The position numbers were made by a program, and so were the translations under genes. Below the pieces are notes generated by a model. The model did no database searches, was not told the origin of the DNA, and was given only the letters and a program-made list of their open reading frames with translations. A stretch of DNA of 64,000 bases from positions 65,589-129,588 of the forward strand of contig CAWCOC010000018.1 in the NCBI GenBank assembly GCA_963797035.1, in the 5' to 3' direction. This stretch comes from Terriglobia bacterium (GTDB lineage Bacteria; Acidobacteriota; Terriglobia; Terriglobales; Acidobacteriaceae). How positions within the stretch are numbered: position 1 is the stretch's first letter; each line of letters begins with the position of its first letter. Below, one piece after another: positions 36,226 through 45,653 of this stretch.

Positions 36226-39200
36226 CCGTGATCGTCTTCGCCGGCAGCACCGAGTTGTCGAAGGCGCTCTTGGCAGCGATGGTCAAGGTCGCGGTGCGCG
36301 TCCCCTGATCGCTCGGAGTGAACTGCAGACTCAGGTTAAGGCTGCCACCGCTCTTGGTCACGGTGACCGGCGGGGTGGTCACGACTGCAAAGTCGCTGGC
36401 ATTGGCGCCGCTCAGGGTAAGCCCGGTGATGACCATGTCAGCGGTGCCGCTGTTGGTCACCGTGATCGATGCCGGCGAACTGGTGGTCCGCACGAGCTGT
36501 TGCGTCGTGAACGTCAGCTGCGTGTCGGGCGCGTAGGCCGGATTCGGTGTTGGCGGAATGCCGGTGCCGGAGACATTAACGTCGTGCTGTCCCAGGGGGG
36601 TGTTGTCGGAGAAGCGCAGGATGGCAGACTCGGCCGAAGCGATCGAGGGCTGGAAGATCACATGCAACACCAGGCCCTGGCCCGCCGGAATGGTCTGCGG
36701 GAACGTAGTGCCTCCCTGGAAGCTGAAGTCGGGGCCGTTGGAACCGGTCCTGGCGACACTGCTGATCACCAGATCGGCCTGTCCCGGGTTGTTGATGGTC
36801 AGGTCCATAGCCGAGCTGGCAAAGCCTACCGTGGTGTTCGGGAACGAAAGGCTGGTGGGCGACGGACTGAAGCTCGGCACCGGGATTCCCGTGCCGCTCA
36901 GGGCCGCGGAGTGCGGGCTTCCGGCCGCGTTGTCGGTGATGACGAGCGAGGCGGAGCGGGCGTTGGGGCCGGTCGGAGTAAAGGTGAGCGAGATCTGGGC
37001 GGTGCCGCCATTGGCAGCCACGGTGATGGGAGCCTGAGGAGTCGCAACCGTGGTGGTTGCGAAATCAGGGGCGTTGGTGCCGCTGAGCGACAGCCCGGTG
37101 ATCTGCATCGGCGCGGTGCCGGTGTTGGTCACGGTAAGGGTTTGTGCCGCACTGGTGGAACCGACATTGGTGTTCGGGAAGTTGACCGCGGCCAGAGTTC
37201 CCATGACTGGCGCAATGCTGGTGCCGCTGAGTCCGAGCGTGTGCGGGCTGCCGACACCGTTGTCGGTGAAGGTCAGCGTAGCGGTCTCGCCCGCCGACCC
37301 GCTGGGCGTAAAGATCACGCTCAGCTGCGCCGTACCACCGTTCTTGGCAACGACGATGGGGAACGTGGGCGCCGCCGGGCTGAACGCGAAGTCACCCGCG
37401 TTGGCGCCGGAGAAGGCGATGGCGCTAACGCTCAGGTCGGCGCCGCCGGAGTTGGTGATGGTGAAAATCTGCGGCGCACTCGACGTGCCCTTCAACTGCG
37501 AGGCAAAGGTCAGGGTAGGCGTCGGGGTGGTGGCGAAATGCGGCGCAACGCCGGTACCGTTCAGCGTCACCGCCTGCGGGCTGGCATTGCTGGTGATGTT
37601 GAGCGTGGCAGTCTCGGCGCCCTCCGGAGTCTTGCTGGGCGTGAAGATCAGCGGGACCGTCGTGGTCCCGTTGGGCGCGATGGTGATCGGGTTGAGCTGC
37701 GTCGGCTTGGTGAAGCTGCCCGGGAAGGCAAAGTCGGCGAAGTTGGTGCCGCTGATGCTGAGATCGGAAATCTGCAACGTGCCCAGGCCGGTGTTGGTAA
37801 TGGTGACCGTCATCGGGCTGCTCGGACTGTTGAGCAGCTGATTGCCGAACTGGACCGGGCTGGGACTGGCGCTGACACCGGGTACAACGCCGGTTCCGGT
37901 CACCGAAACGGTGTGGACACCCTGCACGGTGTTATCGGTCAAGGTGAGGGTCGCCGTTTCGGCAGCCGCGGTTGTCGGCTTGAAGGTCATGGTGACGATC
38001 GCGTTGTTGCCGGCGGCAATGTTGAGCGGCGCCGGCGGAGAGAAGGTGAAGTCGGCGGCGTTGGCGCCCGACAGCCCCATGGCACTCACCGTCAGTGCGG
38101 CCGTACCGTTGTTGCTGATGGTGACCTGGATCGGGTTGCTGGTGAAGTTGACCGTCTGGTTGCCGAAGGCGACAGGACTCGGGTTGATGTTGATGAGCGG
38201 CGCGATGCCATTGCCGTTCAGCGTAACCGTGTGCGGGCTGCCGGACGCGTTATCGGTGATGTTGATCGTGGCAGTACGCGCACCGGAGTTGGCGGGCGTG
38301 AAGGTCAGGTTGACGGTGGCATTGGCGCCCGCGGCGATATCAATGGGCGTGGCCGTGATCACGGTGAATTCCGTCGAGTTCGTCCCCGTAATCGAGAGGC
38401 TCGAGATGTGCAGGTTGGCCGTGCCGTTGTTGGTAATGGTGAGCGGCGTGGCGGCGCTGGTGGTCTTCGCCAGGGTATCGGCAAAGCTCAACGGCGAAGG
38501 CGTCGCGCTGAAGCTGGGAGAGGTGGCGGTGCCGGTGAGCGCCACGGTGTACGCTCCGGTGCTGTCGTTGATGGTCAACGTAGCGGAGCGCGAGCCGGCG
38601 CCACCAGCCGCTTGTGGCGCGAAGGTGACGCTGACTTGCCGGCTCTGACCGAACGCCGTCAGCGTTCCGGGCGTCGCCGTCGCGGTGAAGTCGGCGCTGT
38701 TGGCGCCGGAGACCGCCACGCTGTTCAGCGTGAGGCTGCCGGTTGCGCCGGCGGGATAAGCAAACGTGACCGCCTGCGCGACACTGGTCGAGCCGATCGC
38801 CTGGCCCGCGAAGGTCAACGACGTCGGGCTGATGTTGGAGACCGCGCCCGTGCCGTTCAGGTTCACGGAGTGTGGGCTGCCGGGAGCGTTGTCGGTGATA
38901 CTGAGCACGCCGGAGCGCGCGCCCGCAGCGCCGGGGGTAAAGGTCAGGTTGATGGTCGCGGTGCCGCCCGGAATGATGCCATTGATCGGCGCGACCGTGG
39001 TGGTAGCGAAATCACCGGCATTCGCGCCAGAAATCGTGATGGCGCTGATGTTGAGGTTGCCGGTGGCGTCGGCCGGGTTCGTCACCGTGACCGCTACCAC
39101 AGAACTGGTGGTGCCCACGATCTGGTTAAACGTAACCGGAGTCGGGGTGAACGTCGGCTGTTTCGGCTGCGTGCCGGTGCCGTTGAGCGTCACGCTATGC

Positions 39201-42200
39201 GGGCTGTTGGCGGCGTTATCGGTAATGCTCAGCGTCGCCGTTCTGGGACCCGCCGCACCCGGAGTAAACAGCATCGGGATGGTGGTATTCCCGTTGGCGG
39301 CGATGGTGATGGGGTTGGCCTGGCTTGGCTGTGTGAAGCCGGCTCCGAAGGGGAAGTCGGCGGCGTTGGCGCCGCCGATGCTCAACCCGCTGATCGTCAA
39401 ATTCACATTGCCCGTGTTGGTAATGGTGAGCGAGGCGGGCGCGCTGGTGGCCGGGACCGTGATCAGCTGGTTGCCGAAGTTCAGCGGGCTGGGATTGAGG
39501 CCGATGATGGCGGCGTTCCCGACGCCCGCCAGCGACACCGCCGTCGGGCTGCTCGGCGCGTTGCTGGTGATGGTCAAGGCGCCGGTGCGGTTTCCGACCT
39601 GCGCCGGCGTGAAGGTGAGGTTGACGTTGGCGTTCAGGCCGGGAGCGATATCCAGCGGCGCGGCCGTGGTCACCGCGAACTCGGCTGAGTTAGTTGTGAT
39701 CGACAGGGCCGAGATGTGCAGAGTCGCCGTACCGCTGTTGGTAATCGTGATGGAACTGTTGCCGGTGGTGCTCACCGATTGCGCCGCGAAGGTGAGGCTG
39801 GCGGGCGCACCGATGCCAGGCTGCGTGCCCGTACCGCTGAGGTTCACCACCTGCGGCGCACCCGCGTCGTTGGTGATGGTCAGGGTGGCGGCGCGGCTGC
39901 CGGTCGCCTTGGGAGTGAAGACAAGGTTGATGGCGGCGGTGCCGTTGTTGGCGGCCACCGTGACCGGCAAGCCGGTGGTGATGGTGAAGTCAGCAGGGCT
40001 GGCGCCGCCCAGAGTAAGCGCGGAGATGGTCAGCAGCGAATTGCCGGTGTTGGTCACCGTGATGGGCAGGGCGCTGCTGGGCGTGTTGATGACCTGGTTG
40101 CCGAACGCCAGCGGGCTGGGGTTCAGGCTGATGCCCGGCTGCAGACCGAGGCCGGTCAAGTTAACCGTCGCCGGTCCGCTCAGGGCATCGCTGGTAAGGG
40201 TCAGCGTCGCCGGGTGAGATCCACGCGTGGTCGGCTTGAAGTTGACGTGCAAAGTGATGGAATTGCCGGCCGCGATGGAGCCCGGAGGCACAGTGTCGAT
40301 CAGGTAATTGGTCGTATCGGAAAGAACCGCGCTGGCAATGGTCAGGGGCGCGGTTCCGCTGTTGGTCACCGTGATTGGCACCGCGCTGCTGACGCTGCCC
40401 ACCAGCGTGTCGGGCAGTGCCACCGGCGAGGTCGGAACCGAAATGTCAGGCGCAATGCTGCGGCCGGACAGGCTGATGGTGTAGGTGCCGGCGTCGTAGA
40501 CAATGGCCAGGCTCTCTGACTTGTTGCCCACACTCGTCGGCGAGAAGGTCAGGCTGAGGTTGGCAAAGCCGCCCGCCGCGATGGTGATGGGCGCAGCCGG
40601 GCTGGCCGCGAACTCGGCGGAGCTCGGCGTCAGGCTGGCGATATGCAGGTCCGCCGTGCCGGTGTTGGTGATCTTCACTACCTGCGGCGCGCTGGTGGTG
40701 TGGATGAGCTGATCGCCGAAGGCAATGCTGTTCTTGTCGGCGCTGATGCCCGGCGCCGTTCCGGTACCGCTCAGCGCAACCGTTTCAGCGTTGGCGCTGG
40801 CATTGTCGATGATGGTGAGCGTGGCCGCGCGGCCGCCCGGCAAGCTGGGCTTGAAGGTCACGGAGAGTTGCACCGAAGCGTTCGGAGCCAGGGACTGCGG
40901 CGTGTTCGGCGTGACCGCGAAATCGCCGGGATTCGTGCCGGTGATGCTGATGCTGGAGATGGTCAGCGTGCCGCCGGTGGTGCTCTTGTTGGTGACGGTG
41001 ACGATCTGGGGCGCGCTGGTGGTCGGCGGCGTTACCGTCACGTTGCCGAAAGTCAGCGTCGAAGGCGTGATCTGACTGACGGGTACGCCGCCCGTGCCGC
41101 TGAGCGTGATGGCCGCCGGAGCGCCGGCATCGTGCCCGATGTTCAGGGTCGCGGAGCGAGATCCGCCCGCCGAGGGCGTAAATGTCACGTTAATCGTGGT
41201 GGTCGCACCGGCCGGCACCGCCACCGGCAGAGAGGCATGGGTGCTGTCGAAATCGCCGGCGTTGGCGCCGGTGATGGTGATGCTGGAAATGTGCAGCGTT
41301 CCCTCGCCGGTGTTGGTAATGATGACCGGAGTCGAGTCGCTGGTGGTGTTGACGGTCTGCGTGCCAAAGTTGAGGCTGCTGTGATCGGCGCTGAAGCCCG
41401 GCGATGCCGCCGTGATGCGCACCGTGCTGGGCACACTGATCAGGATTCCGTCGGTGACGATCAACTGGGCGACATAATCACCCGCAACATCGGCCTGGAA
41501 TACCGGGTTGGACTCGTCAACCGGCGTCAGGGATGCAGTGCTTCCGGCGGGCTTGTAAAGGAATGCCCAGGAGTAGGTCAGCGAGCTGTTGTCGCCATCG
41601 TGCGAATTGCTTCCGTCCAGTTGCACGATGTCGCCGACGTTGACGTCCTGGTGCGGCCCGGCGTTCGCCGCGGGGCCAGGATTGTCGGTGGTGAGGACAA
41701 CGGTGGCGGTAGCGCTGTTGTTCTTGCTGTCGGTGACCGTGAGCTGAGCGATGTAGGTGCCAAGCTGGTCGGCGGTCAGAGTGGGCTTCACCGAGCAGGC
41801 GCCCGGCCCGGCGTTGGCCAGGGTCGCGGTGCTGCCCGCCGGCTGCGTGATCAAAGCCCAGAAACAGGTGACCGGGTCACCGTCAGGATTGAGGGACGCG
41901 CTGCCATCCAGCTGTACCGCCTGACCTACCTGAATTTTCTGGTTGGGACCGGCGCTGGCGGTGGGCGGCGTCTGCTGCGTGCTGATCAGGACGGTGTCCG
42001 ATGAGGTGTTGCCGTTCCCGTCGTTGACCGTAAGTTTCAGAACGTAGTCGCCCGCCAGGTCCGGGGTGAAAGTCGGCGCCGGCGCGTTCGGGTTCGACAA
42101 GGACGCCGCCGCGTTGCTGCCCTGCGGCACGGAGACGAAGCTCCACAAATAAGTGAGGCTGTTGCCGTCGGCATCGCTGGACGTGCTGCCGTCGAGCTGG

Positions 42201-43660
42201 ACCTTGGCGCCGGCGGTCACGAACTGGTTCGGACCCGCATCGGCGATGGGCACGGTGGTGTCGGTGGAGATCAGGACCCAGTTGGCCGAAGTTCTGCCGT
42301 TGTTGTCGGTGATCGCGAGTTGCACCAGGTAGGTGCCCGGCATGTCGACATTGAAGCTGGGGCGAACGGCGGTGCCGTCGGCAATCGCGGTGGTGCTGCC
42401 GTCGGGCGCGCTCAATAAAGACCACTCGTAGCTGAGCAGAGGATTGGAGGTATTCGAAATCGTTTTGCCATTGGCGGCGCTGGTTGCAGCTGCAGCCTGG
42501 GAACTCGAGCCGCTGCCGTCCAGGTGCGCGGTGCTTCCTACCGTCACCTTCTGCGAGATGCCGGCATTGACTTCCGGCGCGTCATGCTGTGGAACAACAA
42601 AGGTCGCGGTGGACGGATGGTTACCAGTCATGACAACCACAAACCGCGGGCCCGGCGCAGCGGTGGCGTCAAACTGGAGCTGCGCGGTGGCGGTCGTGGG
42701 GCTGGTTACTGTGACCGTTCCAAAGGCGCCGGCAACACCAGTCGAGGTTGCGTCGAGTACCGCGGCGCCAGGGCCGAAATTGGCGACGGTCGCGTCTTGC
42801 AGAAAGTTGGTATCGGTGCCGGTGATGGTGACGCTGACGGTGGCCGGGAAAGTGTTCGAAAGCAGACTATCAGGGCTGATGGCAACCGAGGCGTCGGCTG
42901 GTTGCACCGGTCCCTGCAAAACGCCGGTGCCAACCAGCGCGATCACCTGGGAACTGCCGGAGGCATTGTCGGTAATTGTCAACGACCCAGTGCGGGCGCC
43001 GGTAACGGTTGGCGTGAACGCGACACTGAGCGGAACACTCCTTCCGGCGCCCACCGTCATCGACGTGGTCCCGGAGTATGAAAAATCGCCGGAGGCGCTG
43101 ATGTTCGAGATGACCAGATCGCCGTCGCCGGTGTTGGTGAGCACGAGGGTTTTCACCGCGCTCTTGTTGCTGACGCCTTGCGTCCCGAACTGCAGCGTGC
43201 TGCTGTTCGCGCTGACCAGCGGTGCGGTGCCACGCCCGCTGAGCGAAACCGGATGCGGGCTGCCACTGGCGTTGTCGGTGATCGACAAGGTTGCGCTGCG
43301 CGCGCCCGGGGCTGCGGGCTTGAACAACACGGTAACCGTGAGGCTGCTGTTGGCAACCACCGTAACCGGGAATGCCGGCGGGTTCTTGAGCGAGAAATCG
43401 GCCGTATTCGACAGCGAAATCGCGCTGATGACGAGATTGGCATTCCCGCTGTTGGTGATGATTACGTCCTGCGACTGGGTTGTCGCAGGGTTCACCAACT
43501 GGTCCGCGAACGTGATCGCCGACGGCTTAACCGCAAAACTCGGCGATTGAGCTCCCGGCGTAGATGGCGCTGCTGCGCCACCGCCTCCGCCGCACGAGGT
43601 GAACGTAATGCTGAAAACCAGGACGCACAGCAGCAGCCAAGTCGATGCCGACCATTTCAT
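34193..43660 (-). CDS. giant (3,155 aa) predicted lipoprotein: 2 + about 16 choice-of-anchor-D/ASH-like Ig repeats, 4 PKD-like repeats, 3 C-terminal modules of about 225 aa
   Basis: ATG 43660 gives MKWSASTWLLLCVLVFSITFTSC|GGGGG (lipobox-like). The repeat signature recurs about every 105 aa: FG.Q.V.T.S....ITNTG.A.L.IS....G.N..DF..........A......V.F.P...G.RSATL.I.DNA.GSP..V.L.G.G. The PKD-like units read ADAGPNQ.V..G..VQLDGS.S.D.DG..LTY.W......GS.A.L. Confidence 0.9.
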   Translation of the reverse strand: MKWSASTWLLLCVLVFSITFTSCGGGGGAAAPSTPGAQSPSFAVKPSAITFADQLVNPATTQSQDVIITNSGNANLVISAISLSNTADFSLKNPPAFPVTVVANSSLTVTVLFKPAAPGARSATLSITDNASGSPHPVSLSGRGTAPLVSANSSTLQFGTQGVSNKSAVKTLVLTNTGDGDLVISNISASGDFSYSGTTSMTVGAGRSVPLSVAFTPTVTGARTGSLTITDNASGSSQVIALVGTGVLQGPVQPADASVAISPDSLLSNTFPATVSVTITGTDTNFLQDATVANFGPGAAVLDATSTGVAGAFGTVTVTSPTTATAQLQFDATAAPGPRFVVVMTGNHPSTATFVVPQHDAPEVNAGISQKVTVGSTAHLDGSGSSSQAAAATSAANGKTISNTSNPLLSYEWSLLSAPDGSTTAIADGTAVRPSFNVDMPGTYLVQLAITDNNGRTSANWVLISTDTTVPIADAGPNQFVTAGAKVQLDGSTSSDADGNSLTYLWSFVSVPQGSNAAASLSNPNAPAPTFTPDLAGDYVLKLTVNDGNGNTSSDTVLISTQQTPPTASAGPNQKIQVGQAVQLDGSASLNPDGDPVTCFWALITQPAGSTATLANAGPGACSVKPTLTADQLGTYIAQLTVTDSKNNSATATVVLTTDNPGPAANAGPHQDVNVGDIVQLDGSNSHDGDNSSLTYSWAFLYKPAGSTASLTPVDESNPVFQADVAGDYVAQLIVTDGILISVPSTVRITAASPGFSADHSSLNFGTQTVNTTSDSTPVIITNTGEGTLHISSITITGANAGDFDSTHASLPVAVPAGATTTINVTFTPSAGGSRSATLNIGHDAGAPAAITLSGTGGVPVSQITPSTLTFGNVTVTPPTTSAPQIVTVTNKSTTGGTLTISSISITGTNPGDFAVTPNTPQSLAPNASVQLSVTFKPSLPGGRAATLTIIDNASANAETVALSGTGTAPGISADKNSIAFGDQLIHTTSAPQVVKITNTGTADLHIASLTPSSAEFAASPAAPITIAAGGFANLSLTFSPTSVGNKSESLAIVYDAGTYTISLSGRSIAPDISVPTSPVALPDTLVGSVSSAVPITVTNSGTAPLTIASAVLSDTTNYLIDTVPPGSIAAGNSITLHVNFKPTTRGSHPATLTLTSDALSGPATVNLTGLGLQPGISLNPSPLAFGNQVINTPSSALPITVTNTGNSLLTISALTLGGASPADFTITTGLPVTVAANNGTAAINLVFTPKATGSRAATLTITNDAGAPQVVNLSGTGTQPGIGAPASLTFAAQSVSTTGNSSITITNSGTATLHISALSITTNSAEFAVTTAAPLDIAPGLNANVNLTFTPAQVGNRTGALTITSNAPSSPTAVSLAGVGNAAIIGLNPSPLNFGNQLITVPATSAPASLTITNTGNVNLTISGLSIGGANAADFPFGAGFTQPSQANPITIAANGNTTIPMLFTPGAAGPRTATLSITDNAANSPHSVTLNGTGTQPKQPTFTPTPVTFNQIVGTTSSVVAVTVTNPADATGNLNISAITISGANAGDFATTTVAPINGIIPGGTATINLTFTPGAAGARSGVLSITDNAPGSPHSVNLNGTGAVSNISPTSLTFAGQAIGSTSVAQAVTFAYPAGATGSLTLNSVAVSGANSADFTATATPGTLTAFGQSRQVSVTFAPQAAGGAGSRSATLTINDSTGAYTVALTGTATSPSFSATPSPLSFADTLAKTTSAATPLTITNNGTANLHISSLSITGTNSTEFTVITATPIDIAAGANATVNLTFTPANSGARTATINITDNASGSPHTVTLNGNGIAPLININPSPVAFGNQTVNFTSNPIQVTISNNGTAALTVSAMGLSGANAADFTFSPPAPLNIAAGNNAIVTMTFKPTTAAAETATLTLTDNTVQGVHTVSVTGTGVVPGVSASPSPVQFGNQLLNSPSSPMTVTITNTGLGTLQISDLSISGTNFADFAFPGSFTKPTQLNPITIAPNGTTTVPLIFTPSKTPEGAETATLNITSNASPQAVTLNGTGVAPHFATTPTPTLTFASQLKGTSSAPQIFTITNSGGADLSVSAIAFSGANAGDFAFSPAAPTFPIVVAKNGGTAQLSVIFTPSGSAGETATLTFTDNGVGSPHTLGLSGTSIAPVMGTLAAVNFPNTNVGSTSAAQTLTVTNTGTAPMQITGLSLSGTNAPDFATTTVATPQAPITVAANGGTAQISLTFTPTGPNARSASLVITDNAAGSPHSAALSGTGIPVPSFSPSPTSLSFPNTTVGFASSAMDLTINNPGQADLVISSVARTGSNGPDFSFQGGTTFPQTIPAGQGLVLHVIFQPSIASAESAILRFSDNTPLGQHDVNVSGTGIPPTPNPAYAPDTQLTFTTQQLVRTTSSPASITVTNSGTADMVITGLTLSGANASDFAVVTTPPVTVTKSGGSLNLSLQFTPSDQGTRTATLTIAAKSAFDNSVLPAKTITVSGTGFYRGHFSLNSLSLGKDQEATAIGSLDITSPTPLTVTIASSDPSKVLLVPTAIDPAGTTVGTASFTATIAPGKGRVGDFGFPGFWVQVLGSSGTANITVSAIGYQTGTGVITMTPSGFQLNGPGGAGVNFTSTLGTTTPLTANMVQLDAAGNVLSTSAVLRGGISASVPVISGTTSVGTVTSPAVVSAGASSSAAVTFTPVASGATLLHVTQPSGYNTPAAGTQLTATVITPAISLSPITVGFNQQIVGAGQLNRSSSSALTVNLTSGDASKVLLTTDPAVVGASTINLQVPAGSTTLPAFYVQALANSGVVTLTATASGYSNGTANVALSPSAFILNGPNGTGDFSTSTTSDATNLAIALYQLDSGGRPVSNGGQLRPGRNESVGVTSGTPSSGTILNSPITFHGGDTVNTEMYFLPACSNAPCSTVLSVVEPAGYATPAVGGQINVTVHQPAVTLRMPISTIGQNLEVQATGSLEAATQNGVMVTVTSLDPNNVLLSTSPTAVGSASIQLLILPGNGLNGSGFPQYYVQALGGAGTVQLQASAAGYSSTLTTVTLAPSAFVLAGNNNVGNPFSVPLAQGTQGLTMYAMVLNSSGVPSLVQQVRGGLSPSIPVGSDSPAAAVLGSPFNIAGGGSTTAFTLQLQSLGVANISVAQPVGFTTPSFGGTIQLTVQ
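41411..42580 (-). repeat. 4 tandem PKD-like (K319L-type) repeats inside giant gene 1
   Basis: aa 408-797 of the track ORF. Examples: VNAGISQKVTVGSTAHLDGSGSS..., ADAGPNQFVTAGAKVQLDGSTSSDADGNSLTYLWSF, ASAGPNQKIQVGQAVQLDGSASLNPDGDPVTCFW and ANAGPHQDVNVGDIVQLDGSNSHDGDNSSLTYSW. Confidence 0.8.
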
Positions 43661-44405
43661 GATTTTGGATTCCTCAGCCGACCAGGTGTGGGAGGGAGAC
43701 ACCCGGGCATCCTTCAGGTAAACCGCACCCGGGATGATGCAATCCCGCTTCCAAAGCGCGGATTGGCGACTCGGGGTGTGCCTGTTACACCAACTTTGCA
43801 CTTCGCTGTGTGTAGAGATCGGTAAACGTTCGGCGTCGTTTCAAGTCCTGCGCCGCGCTCCCCAAAGGTGTTGGTGTCGGTAGGTTGCGTGGATTTGGGC
43901 TGCCCATGGTGGGGGCATTTTGATTTTCCGAAAACGCTGCACGAGAAAAGTCACTCTTGCAGGAAGCCGGCACGATCGAATTTCGCCGTCGTATCGTGTT
44001 TCGACGGATCGCCTGTGCATGCAATTGCACACCAAAGGGAAATCTCTTAGGTTTAGCCGAGCCGTCTAACCCTGACGTTCAGGTGAGCTTTCCAGGGACT
44101 GGGGGCGCTCATGCCACTGAATGACTAGTCGACGGGACTAGTACACAGGTTGAGGAGTCGGCGGAAGCGCCGGCCGTGATCTTGCGTGGCTTGTCAACAA
44201 TGCAGTAGACATGCGCCTTCGAACGTGCGGCCGTCCGGAACGCGGCAGGACCGGCAGCGTGGGCGCAACCGCGCCCCGCTGAGGCGATCTCCAGCAAAAC
44301 GGAAGTAGCCGACTGGCCTAATTGACAACCCGGGCACCCGAGGGCAAAGCCACTCTCGCGACCACTCTATGATCGCCCAAGAATATTGCGGACTAAGCGG
44401 GAGGT

Positions 44406-44421
44406 TTAACCGCGGGGTTAA
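44406..44421. promoter_or_regulatory. inverted repeat TTAACC-GCGG-GGTTAA
   Basis: Read directly. It abuts the stop codon of gene 44422..45309 and lies about 750 bp upstream of the giant gene 1 start. Confidence 0.3.
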
Positions 44422-45309
44422 TCAGTGGCCGGCAGTGGGTGGAGGGGTGAGCGGAATGGCGCCCGCCATCGGGGGAACCGGTGGATACGAGGGTTTGAAG
44501 CCGCCCTGGATCAACTGCATCAGGTTCCAGGGATACAGCTTTCCAAGATTCGGATCGATTCCCGGCGGAAGTTGCGGCAGGCCGATGGCGCCCTTGGGAA
44601 CAGCGCCCGGATCGTTGGGGACCTGAAAAGCCGGTCCACTTAAGCCCGAACCGGCGCCGTTCGCCGGCAAGGCGGAGCTGGCCGTTTCCGGGAAACTGGG
44701 CAGCGATCCGGTATCGGCGACCGCCTGAGCGATCCCCGGGTAGAGCGCCCACATTGAACTGGGAACGCCCGGCGGCAGCGCGGGCAGACGCTTGATCATT
44801 TCAGCGTCCACTTCGGGCCGTTGAGCCGTCCGGTCGTATCGGGAGTCGTCGGAAGCCAGGGCCAGCCTGGCGGCGTCGTCCTTTTTCTTCTGCTCTGCCA
44901 GCTTCTTCAAATCATCCGCCGACAGGACGACGGCGGCCCGGCGTTCGGTGAGTGCAACGCCCACCAAGCCTCCCGACCCATCCGCTTTGGCAATGAGACG
45001 CGAATTAAACGGAAGACCATCGAGCAGGTCCGAAAGCACACGGGCAGGCTGACCGGGACCGAGCGTGGCGAATACCGGAAGCGCGCTGGCAGATCCCGGC
45101 ATGGTGGTCTCAATGCCGGTGGCGTGGCTGATGGCGTTCAGCACCTGCCGCAGCGAGCAGCCCTGGGAAGAAACAATCAGCTGCCCCGCCCGCAAGGTCG
45201 CGACGCGCTGATCGCACTGCGGCGCGAGTACTTCGGAGGCGCGGAGGCTGGCTGCAATCAGCAGCACCGCGAACATCACCCGCAAGCAACGGCCTGCCAC
45301 GATAGCCAT
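44422..45309 (-). CDS. secreted hypothetical protein (STN-like N-terminal segment, Pro-rich C-terminus)
   Basis: ATG 45309 gives MAIVAGRCLRVMFAVLLIAASLRA. CSLRQVLNAISHATGIE resembles the secretin/TonB short N-terminal (STN) motif. The tail is proline-rich (LPALPPGVP...PSYPPVPPMAGAIPLTPPP). Confidence 0.6.
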   Translation of the reverse strand: MAIVAGRCLRVMFAVLLIAASLRASEVLAPQCDQRVATLRAGQLIVSSQGCSLRQVLNAISHATGIETTMPGSASALPVFATLGPGQPARVLSDLLDGLPFNSRLIAKADGSGGLVGVALTERRAAVVLSADDLKKLAEQKKKDDAARLALASDDSRYDRTAQRPEVDAEMIKRLPALPPGVPSSMWALYPGIAQAVADTGSLPSFPETASSALPANGAGSGLSGPAFQVPNDPGAVPKGAIGLPQLPPGIDPNLGKLYPWNLMQLIQGGFKPSYPPVPPMAGAIPLTPPPTAGH

Positions 45310-45442
45310 TAGAGTATTCCCCGGCACGGCGCGCCGCCCAGAAGAGGACCGGGATGGACGCTCTCCGGCCCCCTGCTCAGGCACACTCGCCACAGCTGCA
45401 GTCAACCACTCGGCGGCAAGGAATTCAAGTCTCCGGTCGAAC

Positions 45443-45457
45443 TAACCCGCGCGGTTA
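45443..45457. promoter_or_regulatory. inverted repeat TAACC-CGCGC-GGTTA in a divergent promoter region
   Basis: Read directly. It lies 134 bp upstream of ATG 45309 (-) and 197 bp upstream of ATG 45654 (+). Confidence 0.35.
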
Positions 45458-45653
45458 ATCGCGCGAGCGTGTGACCGCGCTCTCCGCTCTAATCCTTCCG
45501 ACTAGGCGCTCGGGTTGCTGCCTTTGGGCTAGCGGCATTGGTTAAGACCTCTGGAGAATTGTCAACTCCCCCTTTGCGGCGCAATCTCGTAAACGTTTGG
45601 ACCGTGCTGCTCCTCCCATCACTGGAACAAACCACTCAAGGAGGATCCCCAAA

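Noticed and set aside
36197-39688. 1,163-aa plus-strand ORF antisense to giant gene 1 (also 38766..40217, 40643..42004, 34802..35821, 42444..43550)
   Set aside because: These are Arg/Gly-rich low-complexity translations, typical shadow ORFs of a GC-rich repetitive gene. The minus strand carries a coherent repeat-domain protein.
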